NCBI GenBank assembly: GCA_016218365.1
Contig: JACREF010000011.1
Coordinates: 9,094 to 73,093 of the forward strand
DNA: 64,000 nt
Direction: 5' to 3'
Origin: Gammaproteobacteria bacterium
GTDB lineage: Bacteria > Pseudomonadota > Gammaproteobacteria > SZUA-140
The stretch's first letter is position 1. The number at the start of each line of letters is the position of its first letter. Below, in pieces: positions 36,958 through 47,287 of this stretch. The notes below the pieces were generated by a model. That model made no database searches. It saw only the letters and a program-made list of their open reading frames with translations, and was not told the DNA's origin. Position numbers and translations under genes: made by a program.

Positions 36958-37152
36958 CGATTCCTCCTTGGGGTGCGCGGGATGGCGGTACACATGGACG
37001 CCCGGCCTATCACTTTCAACTGCGATCGAGTGTGCCATGAGCAGGCTGCTTTTGCAAAAAACCGGCTCAGGGCCAATCCGTTGCAAATGAAGGTTTTTTA
37101 ACCTGACCGCGGCGCAGAAAACCGCCTATAATGCCAGCATGAGGTCACAACC

Positions 37153-38892
37153 ATGACAACGACCCGAACCATCATCCGCCGTGACGCAGCTGATGCCGGT
37201 CTGCCGTGGCCGGATGATGCGCTGCACCCGGTGCTGGCGCGCGTTTACCGGCAGCGCGGCATCGAGTCGCCGCAGCAGCTGGAGCGTTCGCTGGATCGCT
37301 TGCTGCCGTATCAGTTGCTCGGTGGTCTGAATGAGGCGACGGCGCTGCTGTATCAGGCGCTGGTCGAACACTGGCGGGTCATCGTCATCGGTGATTTCGA
37401 TGCCGACGGCGCGACCAGCACCGCGGTCGCGGTGCGTGCGTTGCGGATGATGGGCGCGGCCGATGTTGATTTCCTGGTGCCGAACCGCTTTCGTTTTGGT
37501 TACGGGCTGACGCCGGAGATCGTCGAGGTCGCGGCGCAGCGCCGACCGCAGCTGATTATCACCGTCGACAACGGCATCGCCAGCCACGCCGGTGTGGCGG
37601 CCGCCAATGCGCTGGGCATTCGCGTGCTGGTCACCGATCACCACCTGCCGGCCGACACGCTGCCGGCGGCCGAGGCGATCGTCAATCCGAACCTGCCCGG
37701 CGATCCATTTCCGAGCAAACACCTGGCCGGTGTCGGCGTGATCTTCTATGTGATGCTGGCCTTGCGTGCCTTGCTGCGCAGCACTGGCTGGTTCGCCGCG
37801 CGCGGCCTGGCCGATCCGAACCTGGCGCAGTTGCTCGACCTGGTCGCGCTCGGCACCGTCGCCGATGTCGTGCCGCTCGATCAGAATAACCGCATCCTGG
37901 TCGGCCAGGGGCTGGCGCGCATCCGCGGTGGCCAGGCCTGCGCCGGCGTGCGCGCCTTGATCCGGATTGCCGGTCGCGATGCGAGCCGGCTCAGCGCCGC
38001 GGACCTGGGGTTCGCGCTCGGGCCGCGGCTCAATGCCGCCGGCCGGCTTGAAGACATGTCGCTGGGGATCGCCTGTCTGCTGTGCGACGATGAACCGCGC
38101 GCGCTGGGCATGGCCGGGCAGCTCGATGTGCTGAATGTCGAACGGCGCCGCATCGAGCAGGACATGAAGGACGAGGCGCTGGCCGGCCTCGCCGGCTTGC
38201 AACTGGACGACGCGGAGCTGCCGTATGGGCTATGCCTGTACGATCCGGCCTGGCATCAGGGCGTCATCGGCATCCTGGCCTCGCGGATCAAGGAGCGCTT
38301 TCACCGCCCGACGGTGGTGTTTGCCAATGGCGATGACGGTGAGATCAAGGGTTCGGCGCGCTCGATCCCGGGGCTGCCGATCCGCGATGTGCTGGAGGCG
38401 GTCGCGACCCGCCATCCGGGGCTGCTGAGCAAGTTCGGCGGTCACAGCATGGCGGCCGGGCTGACATTGCCGGTTGCGCGTTATGACGATTTCTGTCAGG
38501 CCTTTGAGCACGAGGTGCGGCAGCGGCTGACGGCCGCCGACCTGCAGCCGGTGGTGCACAGCGACGGCGAGCTGGCGCCCGACGAGCTGACGCTGGACCT
38601 GGCCGAGCTGCTGCGCAGCGCCGGGCCGTGGGGTCAGGGCTTTCCGGAGCCGACCTTTGACGGCCGGTTCGAGGTGCTGGAGCGGCGGGTGCTCAACGAG
38701 CGCCACCTCAAATTACGGGTGCGGCCGCAGGGCGGCGGTCAGGCGCTCGATGCGCTGGCCTTCAACGCCGATGCCCGCGATCTGCTCGGCGGTGACCAGC
38801 CGGCGCTGCGGCTGGCCTACCGGCTGGATGTCAATGAATACCGCGGCCAGCGCAGCGTACAGCTGATCGTTGAGCACCTCGAGGCGGTGTGA
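37153..38892 (+). CDS. recJ: Single-stranded-DNA-specific exonuclease RecJ
   Basis: DHH motifs (VIGDFDADGATS, DHH in VTDHHLP), DHHA1 and C-terminal OB domain. Confidence 0.9.
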   Translation: MTTTRTIIRRDAADAGLPWPDDALHPVLARVYRQRGIESPQQLERSLDRLLPYQLLGGLNEATALLYQALVEHWRVIVIGDFDADGATSTAVAVRALRMMGAADVDFLVPNRFRFGYGLTPEIVEVAAQRRPQLIITVDNGIASHAGVAAANALGIRVLVTDHHLPADTLPAAEAIVNPNLPGDPFPSKHLAGVGVIFYVMLALRALLRSTGWFAARGLADPNLAQLLDLVALGTVADVVPLDQNNRILVGQGLARIRGGQACAGVRALIRIAGRDASRLSAADLGFALGPRLNAAGRLEDMSLGIACLLCDDEPRALGMAGQLDVLNVERRRIEQDMKDEALAGLAGLQLDDAELPYGLCLYDPAWHQGVIGILASRIKERFHRPTVVFANGDDGEIKGSARSIPGLPIRDVLEAVATRHPGLLSKFGGHSMAAGLTLPVARYDDFCQAFEHEVRQRLTAADLQPVVHSDGELAPDELTLDLAELLRSAGPWGQGFPEPTFDGRFEVLERRVLNERHLKLRVRPQGGGQALDALAFNADARDLLGGDQPALRLAYRLDVNEYRGQRSVQLIVEHLEAV

Positions 38893-39128
38893 GCGTGTTG
38901 CACAAAAAGATGTTGGGCTTCATGCATTCTGCCCAACCTACGGTATGACGAAATGAGGTGTAGGTTGGGCTGAACGTGTGAAGCCCAACGTCCTGACCCG
39001 TCAAGCCATCCCCGGATTGCGAAATCACATCGGATGCGGGTTAACTTGCTGCCACCCAGCTCCAGGCGCAACGTTTCGCCGCGCGCCGGGATGGAGTAGA
39101 ATGCGGACTTTTCCCGGGATCCATCATC

Positions 39129-40227
39129 ATGCTCGAACTGAACCTGCACTTTCAGCACCTCAAGGACATGCAAGGGCGCCTCGACACCCTTAGGGGGTAT
39201 CTTTGACGTCGAGGTCAAGCAGGAACGGCTGACCGAGGTCGAGCGCGAGCTGGAAAATCCCAACGTCTGGAACAATGCCGAGAACGCCCAGGCGCTGGGC
39301 CGTGAACGTGCCGCGCTGAAGGATGTTGTCGACACCTTCGCGCAGCTGCAGGCCGGCATCAGCGAAGAGGAAGAGCTGCTGCAGCTCGCCGATGAAGAGA
39401 ACGATGCCGCCACTGCGCAGGCGGTGCTCGGCGATATCGAAAAGATTGAAAAGCGGCTGGCCGAACTCGAATTCCGCCGCATGTTCTCCGGCGAGATGGA
39501 TCCCAACAACGCCTTCCTCGACATCCAGGCCGGCTCCGGCGGCACCGAGGCCCAGGACTGGTCCGAGATGCTGTTGCGCATGTATCTGCGCTGGGCTGAA
39601 CGCCGCGGCTTCGAGACCGAGCTGGTCGAGGCCTCGGCCGGTGAAGTCGCCGGCATCAAGAGCGCCACCGTCAAGATCACCGGCCCCTATGCCTTTGGCT
39701 GGCTGCGCACCGAGACCGGCGTGCACCGGCTGGTGCGCAAGTCGCCGTTTGATTCCGGCAATCGCCGCCATACCTCGTTCGCCGCGGTGTTCGTGTCGCC
39801 GGAGATCGATGACAACATCGACATCGAGATCAATCCGGCCGACCTGCGCGTCGATGTCTACCGCGCCAGCGGCGCCGGCGGCCAGCACGTCAACAAGACC
39901 GAATCGGCGATCCGCATCACCCATGAACCGAGCGGCATCGTCGTACAGTGCCAGAGCGACCGCTCGCAGCACAAGAACCGTTCCACCGCGATGAAGCAGT
40001 TGCGCGCCAAGCTGTATGAGATGGAGATCCAGAAGCGCAATGCGTCGCAGCAGGTGATCGAGGACAACAAGGCCGACATCGGCTGGGGCAGCCAGATCCG
40101 CTCCTATGTGCTCGACCAGTCGCGGATCAAGGATCTGCGCACCGGCGTCGAGAAGGCCAATACCCAGGCGGTGCTCGACGGTGATCTCGACGACTTCATC
40201 GAGGCCAGCTTGAAGAGCGGCCAGTAA
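39129..40227 (+). CDS. prfB: Peptide chain release factor 2, programmed +1 frameshift (join 39129..39203, 39205..40227)
   Basis: Frame 0 [28 protein letters not shown]; site AGGGGG UAU CUU UGA C; +1 frame continues DVEVKQERL... into the RF2 body with SPF and GGQ motifs. Confidence 0.9.
39192..39207 (+). promoter_or_regulatory. prfB: prfB programmed +1 ribosomal frameshift site (internal SD AGGGGG + CUU UGA C)
   Basis: Read directly from the sequence; matches the classic RF2 autoregulatory recoding signal. Confidence 0.9.
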
Positions 40228-40244
40228 TCAACAGGATCATTTCC

Positions 40245-41768
40245 ATGAGTGAACAGAAGGCCGATGCCGGCACAGCCGCCGAGACAGTACTGGACGAGAA
40301 TGAACAGATCGCGCAACGCCGCGCCAAGCTGCAGCAGCTGCGTGAGCAGGGCAATCCATTCCCGACCGATTTCCGCCGCAACGTCATCACCGGCGAGCTG
40401 CATGCGCGCTACAGCGCGCTGAACAACGAACAGCTCGAGGCCGACCCGGTGCGCGTCAGCATCGCCGGGCGGATGATGACGCGGCGGCTGATGGGCAAGG
40501 CCAGCTTCGTCCATCTGCAGGACATGTCGGGGCAGATGCAGGTCTATATCCAGCGTGACGGTATCGGTGAGGCGGCCTATGAAGACTTCAAGCGCTGGGA
40601 CATCGGCGACATCATCGGCGTCGATGGCATGATGTTTCGCACCAGGACCGGCGAGCTGTCGGTCAAGGCCGACAAGATCCGGCTGCTGACCAAGGCGTTG
40701 CGGCCGTTGCCGGCCAAGTTCCACGGCCTGACCGATCAGGAGGCGCGCTACCGCCAGCGTTACCTCGATCTGATCATGAGCGAGGTCACGCGCAACACCT
40801 TCCGCACCCGCACCGCGATCATCGCCTACATCCGCCATTTCCTCATCGATCGCGGCTTCCTCGAGGTCGAGACGCCGATGATGCAGGCGATCCCCGGTGG
40901 CGCAACGGCGCGGCCGTTTGCGACCCATCATAATGCGCTGGACATGCAGCTGTTCCTGCGCATCGCGCCCGAGCTGTATCTGAAGCGGCTGGTGGTCGGC
41001 GGATTTGAGCGCGTGTTCGAGATCAACCGCAATTTCCGCAATGAAGGGCTGTCGACACGCCACAACCCTGAATTCACGATGCTGGAGTTCTATCAGGCCT
41101 ACGCCGACTATCATGACCTGATGGACCTGACCGAAGAGATGCTGCGCGGATTGGCGCAGCAGGTGCTGGGCACCACGACGGTCGAGTATCAGGGCCAGCA
41201 GTTCCATTTCGGCCAGCCATTCACCCGGCTGACGATGAAGCAGGCGATATTAAAGTTCAATCCATCCGTGCAGGCCGGCGATCTGGATCGACTCGACAGT
41301 GCGCGCAGGGTCGCGGACGCGCTCGGCATCCACATCGACAAGGCCTATGGCATCGGCAAGGTGCAGCTGGAGATCTTCGAGAAGACCGTCGAGTCGCGGC
41401 TGATCGATCCGACCTTCATCACTGCTTATCCGACCGAGGTGTCGCCGCTGGCGCGGCGCAGCGATGCCGATCCGTCATTGACCGACCGTTTCGAGATGTT
41501 CATCGGCGGCCGCGAGATCGCCAATGGCTTTACCGAGCTCAACGATGCCGAGGACCAGGCCGAACGCTTCCGCAGTCAGGTCGAGGCCAAGGAGGCCGGC
41601 GACGCCGAGGCGATGCACTTTGATGCCGATTATATCCGCGCGCTGGAGCACGGCATGCCGCCGACGGCCGGCGAGGGCATCGGCATCGACCGGCTGGTGA
41701 TGCTGTTCACCGATGCGCCGTCGATCCGCGATGTGCTGCTGTTCCCGCACATGCGCCCCGAGGGCTGA
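40245..41768 (+). CDS. lysS: Lysyl-tRNA synthetase (class II)
   Basis: N-terminal OB anticodon-binding domain, class II motifs (FRNEG, GIGIDRL); conserved prfB-lysS synteny. Confidence 0.9.
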   Translation: MSEQKADAGTAAETVLDENEQIAQRRAKLQQLREQGNPFPTDFRRNVITGELHARYSALNNEQLEADPVRVSIAGRMMTRRLMGKASFVHLQDMSGQMQVYIQRDGIGEAAYEDFKRWDIGDIIGVDGMMFRTRTGELSVKADKIRLLTKALRPLPAKFHGLTDQEARYRQRYLDLIMSEVTRNTFRTRTAIIAYIRHFLIDRGFLEVETPMMQAIPGGATARPFATHHNALDMQLFLRIAPELYLKRLVVGGFERVFEINRNFRNEGLSTRHNPEFTMLEFYQAYADYHDLMDLTEEMLRGLAQQVLGTTTVEYQGQQFHFGQPFTRLTMKQAILKFNPSVQAGDLDRLDSARRVADALGIHIDKAYGIGKVQLEIFEKTVESRLIDPTFITAYPTEVSPLARRSDADPSLTDRFEMFIGGREIANGFTELNDAEDQAERFRSQVEAKEAGDAEAMHFDADYIRALEHGMPPTAGEGIGIDRLVMLFTDAPSIRDVLLFPHMRPEG

Positions 41769-41789
41769 GGCCGCCGGCCGCCATTATCT

Positions 41790-42250
41790 ACCCTTCGATA
41801 CGCGCTGCGCGCTACTCAGGACAGGCCCTTCGATACGCGGCTGGCGCCGCTACTCAGGGCGAACGTTTTCCCTGTCAGTTCCATGGCATCGGCGGACCGT
41901 TCGCTCTGCGTAGCGCTGTGCAGCAGCGCGTACCGCGTATCGAAGGGCACCTGCTTACCACATTCGGTCTCTATCCCGAATGGCACTTACTTAAGGAACC
42001 TCTGATCAATTCAGAGGTTCCTGCGGCACAGGGATGTGCCGCCACTACAATGACAGCAGGTCATGGTAGTGAAGGAAAGTGAAAACCACGTTTTCCGCTT
42101 TCCGTGCTCTGAGAATTCCAGGATGGAATTATTCAGAGCTTCCTTAAGTGCCATTCGTCTCTATCCCCGCTCGTCCTGAGTAGCGATGCGGAGCATTGCG
42201 TATCGAAGGATCGAAGGGGCCTGAGTAACGGCGTAGCCGCGTAGCGAAGG
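41790..42250. repeat. REP-like palindromic unit cluster (5+ copies of CCTTCGATACGCG-N5-9-CGCTACTCAGG, both orientations) plus inner long inverted repeat
   Basis: Units at ~41791, 41824, 41921(inv), 42175(inv), 42210(inv); inner inverted pair gaatggcacttacttaaggaacctctga / tcagagcttccttaagtgccattc; perfect 11-bp hairpin ggaacctctga-tcaat-tcagaggttcc; between convergent lysS and HDOD gene. Confidence 0.6.
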
Positions 42251-42252
42251 AA

Positions 42253-43113
42253 TCAGCCCTTGAACAGCTGCTGGATCTGCACCAGTTCTTCGCGGGCCTC
42301 GCGGATGCTGGCGATGGTCTCTTCCGGCATCAGGTTCAGGCGCCGGAAGGACGGGATATTCGCCCAATCGACGGGGGGCTGCGGACGGTGCTGGCGGCGG
42401 TTGAGCAGGCTGCTCAGCAGGTTGGCGGTGATGACCAGGTCGGTGTAATTGGCGGTGATGCCGACCGGGTTATACGCCTTCAACTCGTGGTCGGCCACGG
42501 CCGAGACCAGGGCCGGGGCAAACTCCCATGTCCTCAGGATCATCTCGCCGACGCGGGGATGCAAGGTCATGATCACCTGATGCAGCAGCGTGTCGTCTTT
42601 CAGCAGCTCCGGATACAACTCGGCGTATTCAAGGATCGGCAAGGTGCCAATGTCGTGGATCAGGCCGGCGAGCATTGCTTCATCCGGGTTCAGCAGGCCG
42701 GTCTTGCGTGCCAGGAAATAGGCGATCGACGCCACGACCAGGCTGTGTTCCCAGGATTCGACCAGCAGCTTCCTGATCTGCGGTGGCAGGCTGCATTGAT
42801 AGAGTGTCTGCATCGCCAGGTTGGTGACGATATGACGCACCGTCAGATTGCCGAGGCGCGTCACCGCCGTCCGGACGTCGTCGATGTGTGAGCTGCCGCG
42901 GTACAGCGGGCTGTTGGCGACGCGGATCAGCCGCGTCGTCAGCACCGCGTCGGCGCTGATCGCCCGCGCGACCATATTGGCGTTGGTATTCTGGTTGTCG
43001 AGCAGCTTGCGGGTCTTTAGCGTGATCTCCGGCAGCGACGGCAGCGCGATCCGGTTCTTGCGGATGTCCTCGGACAGGTCTTGCCAGAATTCCTCGATAA
43101 AGTTTGCGTCCAT
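42253..43113 (-). CDS. HDOD (HD-related output domain) signalling protein
   Basis: LAGLIHDIGTLPIL and downstream helices typical of HDOD. Confidence 0.75.
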   Translation of the reverse strand: MDANFIEEFWQDLSEDIRKNRIALPSLPEITLKTRKLLDNQNTNANMVARAISADAVLTTRLIRVANSPLYRGSSHIDDVRTAVTRLGNLTVRHIVTNLAMQTLYQCSLPPQIRKLLVESWEHSLVVASIAYFLARKTGLLNPDEAMLAGLIHDIGTLPILEYAELYPELLKDDTLLHQVIMTLHPRVGEMILRTWEFAPALVSAVADHELKAYNPVGITANYTDLVITANLLSSLLNRRQHRPQPPVDWANIPSFRRLNLMPEETIASIREAREELVQIQQLFKG

Positions 43114-43348
43114 TACTTCCTTTGTAATCGCTCAGCGCTGGACTGGCTCAATCCATGCGATGGTTATAACGTGACAGTGTGCGGCTGGCAATCTGTAATA
43201 TCGCCTTGCTACGGGGCAATCTTAAGGGATTTTACTTGGGCAGTGTCAGAAATTATTGCTGACCAGCTCGCCATACCGGGAGCGGTGAAGAAATAATCCA
43301 TGGCCTCCGCAAGCGCGGGGCTGGGCGAACGAGTTAAGGAGGCTCTGA

Positions 43349-43508
43349 TTAACAGGATGTTGAAAAAGGCCGTCCATGCCCTTTTTCAACCCGCAAAGCA
43401 AAAAATGTGATTTTTGCTTTGCTCCATTTTTCAAGCAGATAAACTCGGCTTGAAAAATGGCGGCGCGTCCTTGCGCCGCACACAGGTTGTTTTTCAACAA
43501 CCTGTTAA
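43349..43508. mobile_element. MITE-like element, copy 2 (direct repeat of 30178-30337, ~90% identical)
   Basis: Same terminal inverted repeats and internal hairpins; followed by nested palindromes at 43521-43568 and 43586-43612. Confidence 0.7.
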
Positions 43509-43585
43509 TTCGTATTGTCGTCATGCCCGCCCCCGATCGGGGGCGAGGGCAGGCTCCAGCGGGCATCCATGAATGCCTGTAATAC

Positions 43586-43612
43586 CTGGATTCCCGCTTT
43601 CGCGGGAATGAC
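43586..43612. repeat. dRS3-like palindrome ctggATTCCCgctttcgcGGGAATgac (inverted copy of 30045-30071, 1 mismatch)
   Basis: Direct comparison of the two 27-mers. Confidence 0.6.
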
Positions 43613-43646
43613 GGTCGTGGTAATTTTCGAATTAATCAGAGTTTCC

Positions 43647-44693
43647 TTAATCCTTGGCGAGCGGGGCGAAGGCATAGGGTGGCGGCATAAGCTGCAAGGC
43701 ATTGCCGTCAGGGCCACCATGACACAGCGGCTGATCGCTGTGCTCGACGGTGACGACGGCCAGGGCCTCGAAGCCGCCGTCCGGCGCGGCGGCGACACTG
43801 ACCAGGTGGCCGCTGGCTTGGGCCTCACCGCAGACATGGACCGGGTCGCCGGCGTCGGGCGGCGTCGTGGCGTTGATCCGGGCATGGTACATCCGGCGCT
43901 TCAACGTCCCACGGTATTGCAGCCGGGCGACGATCTCCTGACCGGTATAGCAGCCCTTGCGGAAGTTGATCGCGTCAAGCTCGCGCAGGTTCAGCATCTG
44001 CGGGATGAACTGGTTCGAGGTCGCCAGCACCACCTCGGGCTGGCCGGCGCGGATATCGAGCAGCCGCCAGGCCTCCGCCCCGACCGGTGCGCCATGGGCG
44101 GCCAGCCGGTCCCACAGAGGGTGCACGGCATCGAACGGGCCGCTGATCAGGAAACGCGGCGGGTCGCCGGCCAGGCGCAGCACGGTCAGTGATGCGTGGC
44201 GGCACACCTCGCCCGCTGTCGCGGGTAGCGAGGGCAGCTGCCCGGCCAGCACCCGGGCCAGCTGCGGACCCGAGACACCGATGTGCACCGTGTCATCACT
44301 GCGGTCGCTGAGCGTGACCTTCGAGCGCAGCACAAACATCCGCAAGCGGCCCAGCATCGGCAGCAGCAGATCCGCCGGCAGCAGCAGGTGATAGCCATCG
44401 GCATCGGCGAGGATACGGAACAAGGCCAGCAGCCGTCCCTGGGGATTGCAAAAGCCGCTGAGCTGACTGTGTGTGGCGCTGACCGCGTGGATATCATTGG
44501 TCAGCTGACCCTGCAGGAAGGTCGCGGCATCGTCACCGCTGACCAGCAGGTCTGCGAGGTGGCTGAGATCGGTCAGCACATCCGCGGAGCCGGCCAGCTG
44601 GCGTTCGGCCTGAGGATTGCCGAAATGCTGCAGCCGGCCGCCCTCGATGACAGCCCCGTTTTCAATAAGGAAATCCTGCCATTGTTTGTGCAT
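43647..44693 (-). CDS. ygfZ: Folate-binding tRNA-modification / Fe-S cluster repair protein YgfZ
   Basis: Invariant KGCYTGQE motif; GcvT-like fold; divergent from the sdh operon. Confidence 0.8.
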   Translation of the reverse strand: MHKQWQDFLIENGAVIEGGRLQHFGNPQAERQLAGSADVLTDLSHLADLLVSGDDAATFLQGQLTNDIHAVSATHSQLSGFCNPQGRLLALFRILADADGYHLLLPADLLLPMLGRLRMFVLRSKVTLSDRSDDTVHIGVSGPQLARVLAGQLPSLPATAGEVCRHASLTVLRLAGDPPRFLISGPFDAVHPLWDRLAAHGAPVGAEAWRLLDIRAGQPEVVLATSNQFIPQMLNLRELDAINFRKGCYTGQEIVARLQYRGTLKRRMYHARINATTPPDAGDPVHVCGEAQASGHLVSVAAAPDGGFEALAVVTVEHSDQPLCHGGPDGNALQLMPPPYAFAPLAKD

Positions 44694-44784
44694 CGTCGGT
44701 CCGGTTCGCTGGTGTCGGATGAAGATAGTATATTATTTGACGATTGGACAGGGTACGTTACACTAACAGCTTGTTGAAAAACGC

Positions 44785-45174
44785 ATGGGTATGGCACTGA
44801 ATAATAATAACAGGCCTGTCTTTCTGGACCTGACCCGGATCCATCTGCCGGTGACGGCAGTCCTGTCCATCGCCCATCGCCTGGCCGGTGTGCTGCTGTT
44901 TCTGTTCATCCCGCTGTCGATCTATCTGCTGCAGCGGTCGTTGCGCGATGCACAGGGCTTTCAGTCGGTCGTCGCCACCCTCGGCCATCCTGGCTGGCGT
45001 GCGCTGCTGATCATGCTGATCTGGGCCTTTGCCCACCACCTGTTTGCCGGCCTGCGTTTCCTGTTGCTGGATATCGAGGTCGGTGTCGATCGTGACCGCA
45101 GCCGCCACAGCGCATGGCTGGTGATCATCGCCGGTATTGCCATGACATTGTTTGCCTCGGTGTGTCTGGTATGA
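44785..45174 (+). CDS. sdhC: Succinate dehydrogenase cytochrome b556 subunit
   Basis: 3-TM membrane anchor with HR heme-ligand motif (SIAHRLAG); operon position. Confidence 0.85.
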   Translation: MGMALNNNNRPVFLDLTRIHLPVTAVLSIAHRLAGVLLFLFIPLSIYLLQRSLRDAQGFQSVVATLGHPGWRALLIMLIWAFAHHLFAGLRFLLLDIEVGVDRDRSRHSAWLVIIAGIAMTLFASVCLV

Positions 45175-45509
45175 GCCGCCAGCTGTCAGGGCTGAAGGCC
45201 TGGTTATGGCAACGCCTGACCGCAGTCTATATGGCGCTGTTCACCGGCTATTTCCTGCTGACGCTGGCCACGCTGCCGGCACCGCTGCACTATTACCATT
45301 GGCATGACTGGTTGTCGGCCACCGGGCCGGCGGTGGCGCTGGCGCTGTTTTATGTGGCGCTGCTGTTGCACGCCTGGGTCGGTATCCGCGATGTGGTCCT
45401 CGATTATGTCCATAATGCCGCGCTGCGTGCTGCGCTGCTGGGTCTGCTGGTCATCGCGCTGTTTGCTGCGGGCCTGTGGGTGGTGAAGATTCTGTTGATG
45501 GTGGTGTGA
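45171..45509 (+). CDS. sdhD: Succinate dehydrogenase hydrophobic membrane anchor
   Basis: Start MSRQLSGLKAWLWQRLTA; 3 TM; ATGA overlap with sdhC. Confidence 0.8.
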   Translation: MSRQLSGLKAWLWQRLTAVYMALFTGYFLLTLATLPAPLHYYHWHDWLSATGPAVALALFYVALLLHAWVGIRDVVLDYVHNAALRAALLGLLVIALFAAGLWVVKILLMVV

Positions 45510-47287
45510 TGACCGGGATAGTCAAACAGATTGAACGGCGGCGCTTTGATGCGCTGGTGATCGGCGCCGGCGGTGGCGGGCTGCGCGCCGCGCTGCAACT
45601 GGCGCAGGCCGAGGCCGATGTCGCCGTGGTGTCCAAGGTGTTCCCGACCCGCTCCCACACCGTGGCGGCGCAGGGCGGCATCAATGCCGCACTGGCCAAC
45701 GTCCGTCCCGACAACTGGCACTGGCATATGTACGACACCGTCAAGGGCAGCGATTACCTCGGTGACCAGGATGCGATCGAATACATGTGCCGGGCCGCCT
45801 CACGGCTGGTCTATGAACTTGAGCATTTTGGCGTGCCGTTTTCGCGCCTCGACAACGGCAAGATCTACCAGCGGCCATTTGGCGGCCAGAGCCAGAACTT
45901 CGGCGGCGAGCAGGCAGCGCGCACCTGCGCCGCGGCCGATCGCACCGGTCACGCGATCCTACATTCGCTGTATCAGCAGAACATCCGCGCCAAGACCCAT
46001 TTCTTCGACGAATATTTTGCCATCGACCTGCTCAGCGATCCGGAAGGGTATGTGCAGGGCGCGCTGGTGCTGTGCATCGAGACCGGCGAGCCGCTGATCA
46101 TCGAGGCCAAGACCACGCTGCTGGCGACCGGCGGCGCCGGTCAGATCTACCGCACCAACACCAATGCCAGGATCAACACCGGTGATGGCATGGCGATGGC
46201 GCTGCGTGCCGGCATCCCGCTGCAGGATATGGAGTTCTTCCAGTTTCATCCCACCGGTATCGCTGGCAAGGGCATGCTGATCACTGAAGGGTCACGTGGT
46301 GAAGGTGGCTATCTGGTCAACAAGGATGGCGAGCGCTTCATGGAGCGTTATGCGCCGACCGCCAAGGATCTGGCGAGCCGCGATGTGGTCAGCCGCTCTA
46401 TTTTTACCGAGGTCAAGGAGGGGCGCGGCTGCGGTCCCAATGGCGATCATGTGCTGCTGAAGGTGGATCACCTCGGTGCTGATGTCATCAAGAGCCGCTT
46501 GCCGGGTATCCGTGACATGGTGCGGACCTTTCTGCATATCGATCCGATCGACAGCCCGATCCCGGTATATCCGACCGCCCACTATACGATGGGCGGCATC
46601 CCGACCAACCGTTTCGGCCAGGTCGTGGCCCCTGAACATCACGGTGCTGAAGAGCCGGTGCCGGGTCTGTATGCGGTCGGTGAATGTGCCTGTGTGTCGG
46701 TGCACGGCGCCAACCGCCTCGGTGGCAACTCGCTGCTCGACATCGTGGTGTTCGGCCGTGCCGCCGGTAACCACATCATCGAGGTGCTGAAGGAGAGTCG
46801 CTATCACCGTCCGCTGGATCAGGCCAGCCTTGACCGCGCGCTGGCGCATCTGGCGCGCTGGGAGCGCACCGGTGGCAGCGAGACCGTCGACAGCCTGCGC
46901 ACTGACCTGCAGCGCACGATGGAGGACTACTGCGGTGTGTTCCGGACCCAGGATGTGCTCGATGAGGGGGTACGCAAGGTCAGGGACATCGAGCGGCGGC
47001 TGGCCGATGTGACGCTGCAGGATCACAGCCGGGTGTTCAATACCGCGCGTATCGAGGCCTTCGAACTGGAGAATCTGGTCGATGTCGCACTGGCGGCGGT
47101 GACCTCGGCGGCGGCGCGCCACGAGAGCCGTGGTGCCCATTCGCGCATTGATCATCCCACGCGCGATGATGAACACTGGCTGAAGCATTCGCTGTATTTC
47201 CGTGACGGTGGCCAGCTCGACTACAAGCCGGTGCGGACCAGGCCGCTGACCGTCGACTCATTCCCACCGAAGGCGAGGGTGTACTGA
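45509..47287 (+). CDS. sdhA: Succinate dehydrogenase flavoprotein subunit
   Basis: FAD-binding GAGGGGLRAAL, covalent-FAD His region (RSHTVAAQGG), HPTG and catalytic RxxxR motifs. Confidence 0.95.
   Translation: MTGIVKQIERRRFDALVIGAGGGGLRAALQLAQAEADVAVVSKVFPTRSHTVAAQGGINAALANVRPDNWHWHMYDTVKGSDYLGDQDAIEYMCRAASRLVYELEHFGVPFSRLDNGKIYQRPFGGQSQNFGGEQAARTCAAADRTGHAILHSLYQQNIRAKTHFFDEYFAIDLLSDPEGYVQGALVLCIETGEPLIIEAKTTLLATGGAGQIYRTNTNARINTGDGMAMALRAGIPLQDMEFFQFHPTGIAGKGMLITEGSRGEGGYLVNKDGERFMERYAPTAKDLASRDVVSRSIFTEVKEGRGCGPNGDHVLLKVDHLGADVIKSRLPGIRDMVRTFLHIDPIDSPIPVYPTAHYTMGGIPTNRFGQVVAPEHHGAEEPVPGLYAVGECACVSVHGANRLGGNSLLDIVVFGRAAGNHIIEVLKESRYHRPLDQASLDRALAHLARWERTGGSETVDSLRTDLQRTMEDYCGVFRTQDVLDEGVRKVRDIERRLADVTLQDHSRVFNTARIEAFELENLVDVALAAVTSAAARHESRGAHSRIDHPTRDDEHWLKHSLYFRDGGQLDYKPVRTRPLTVDSFPPKARVY

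Noticed and set aside
41790-42250. Possible CRISPR array (short repeated units)
   Set aside because: Units are imperfect palindromes present in both orientations without regularly spaced unique spacers and there are no cas genes: REP/BIME-like, not CRISPR.
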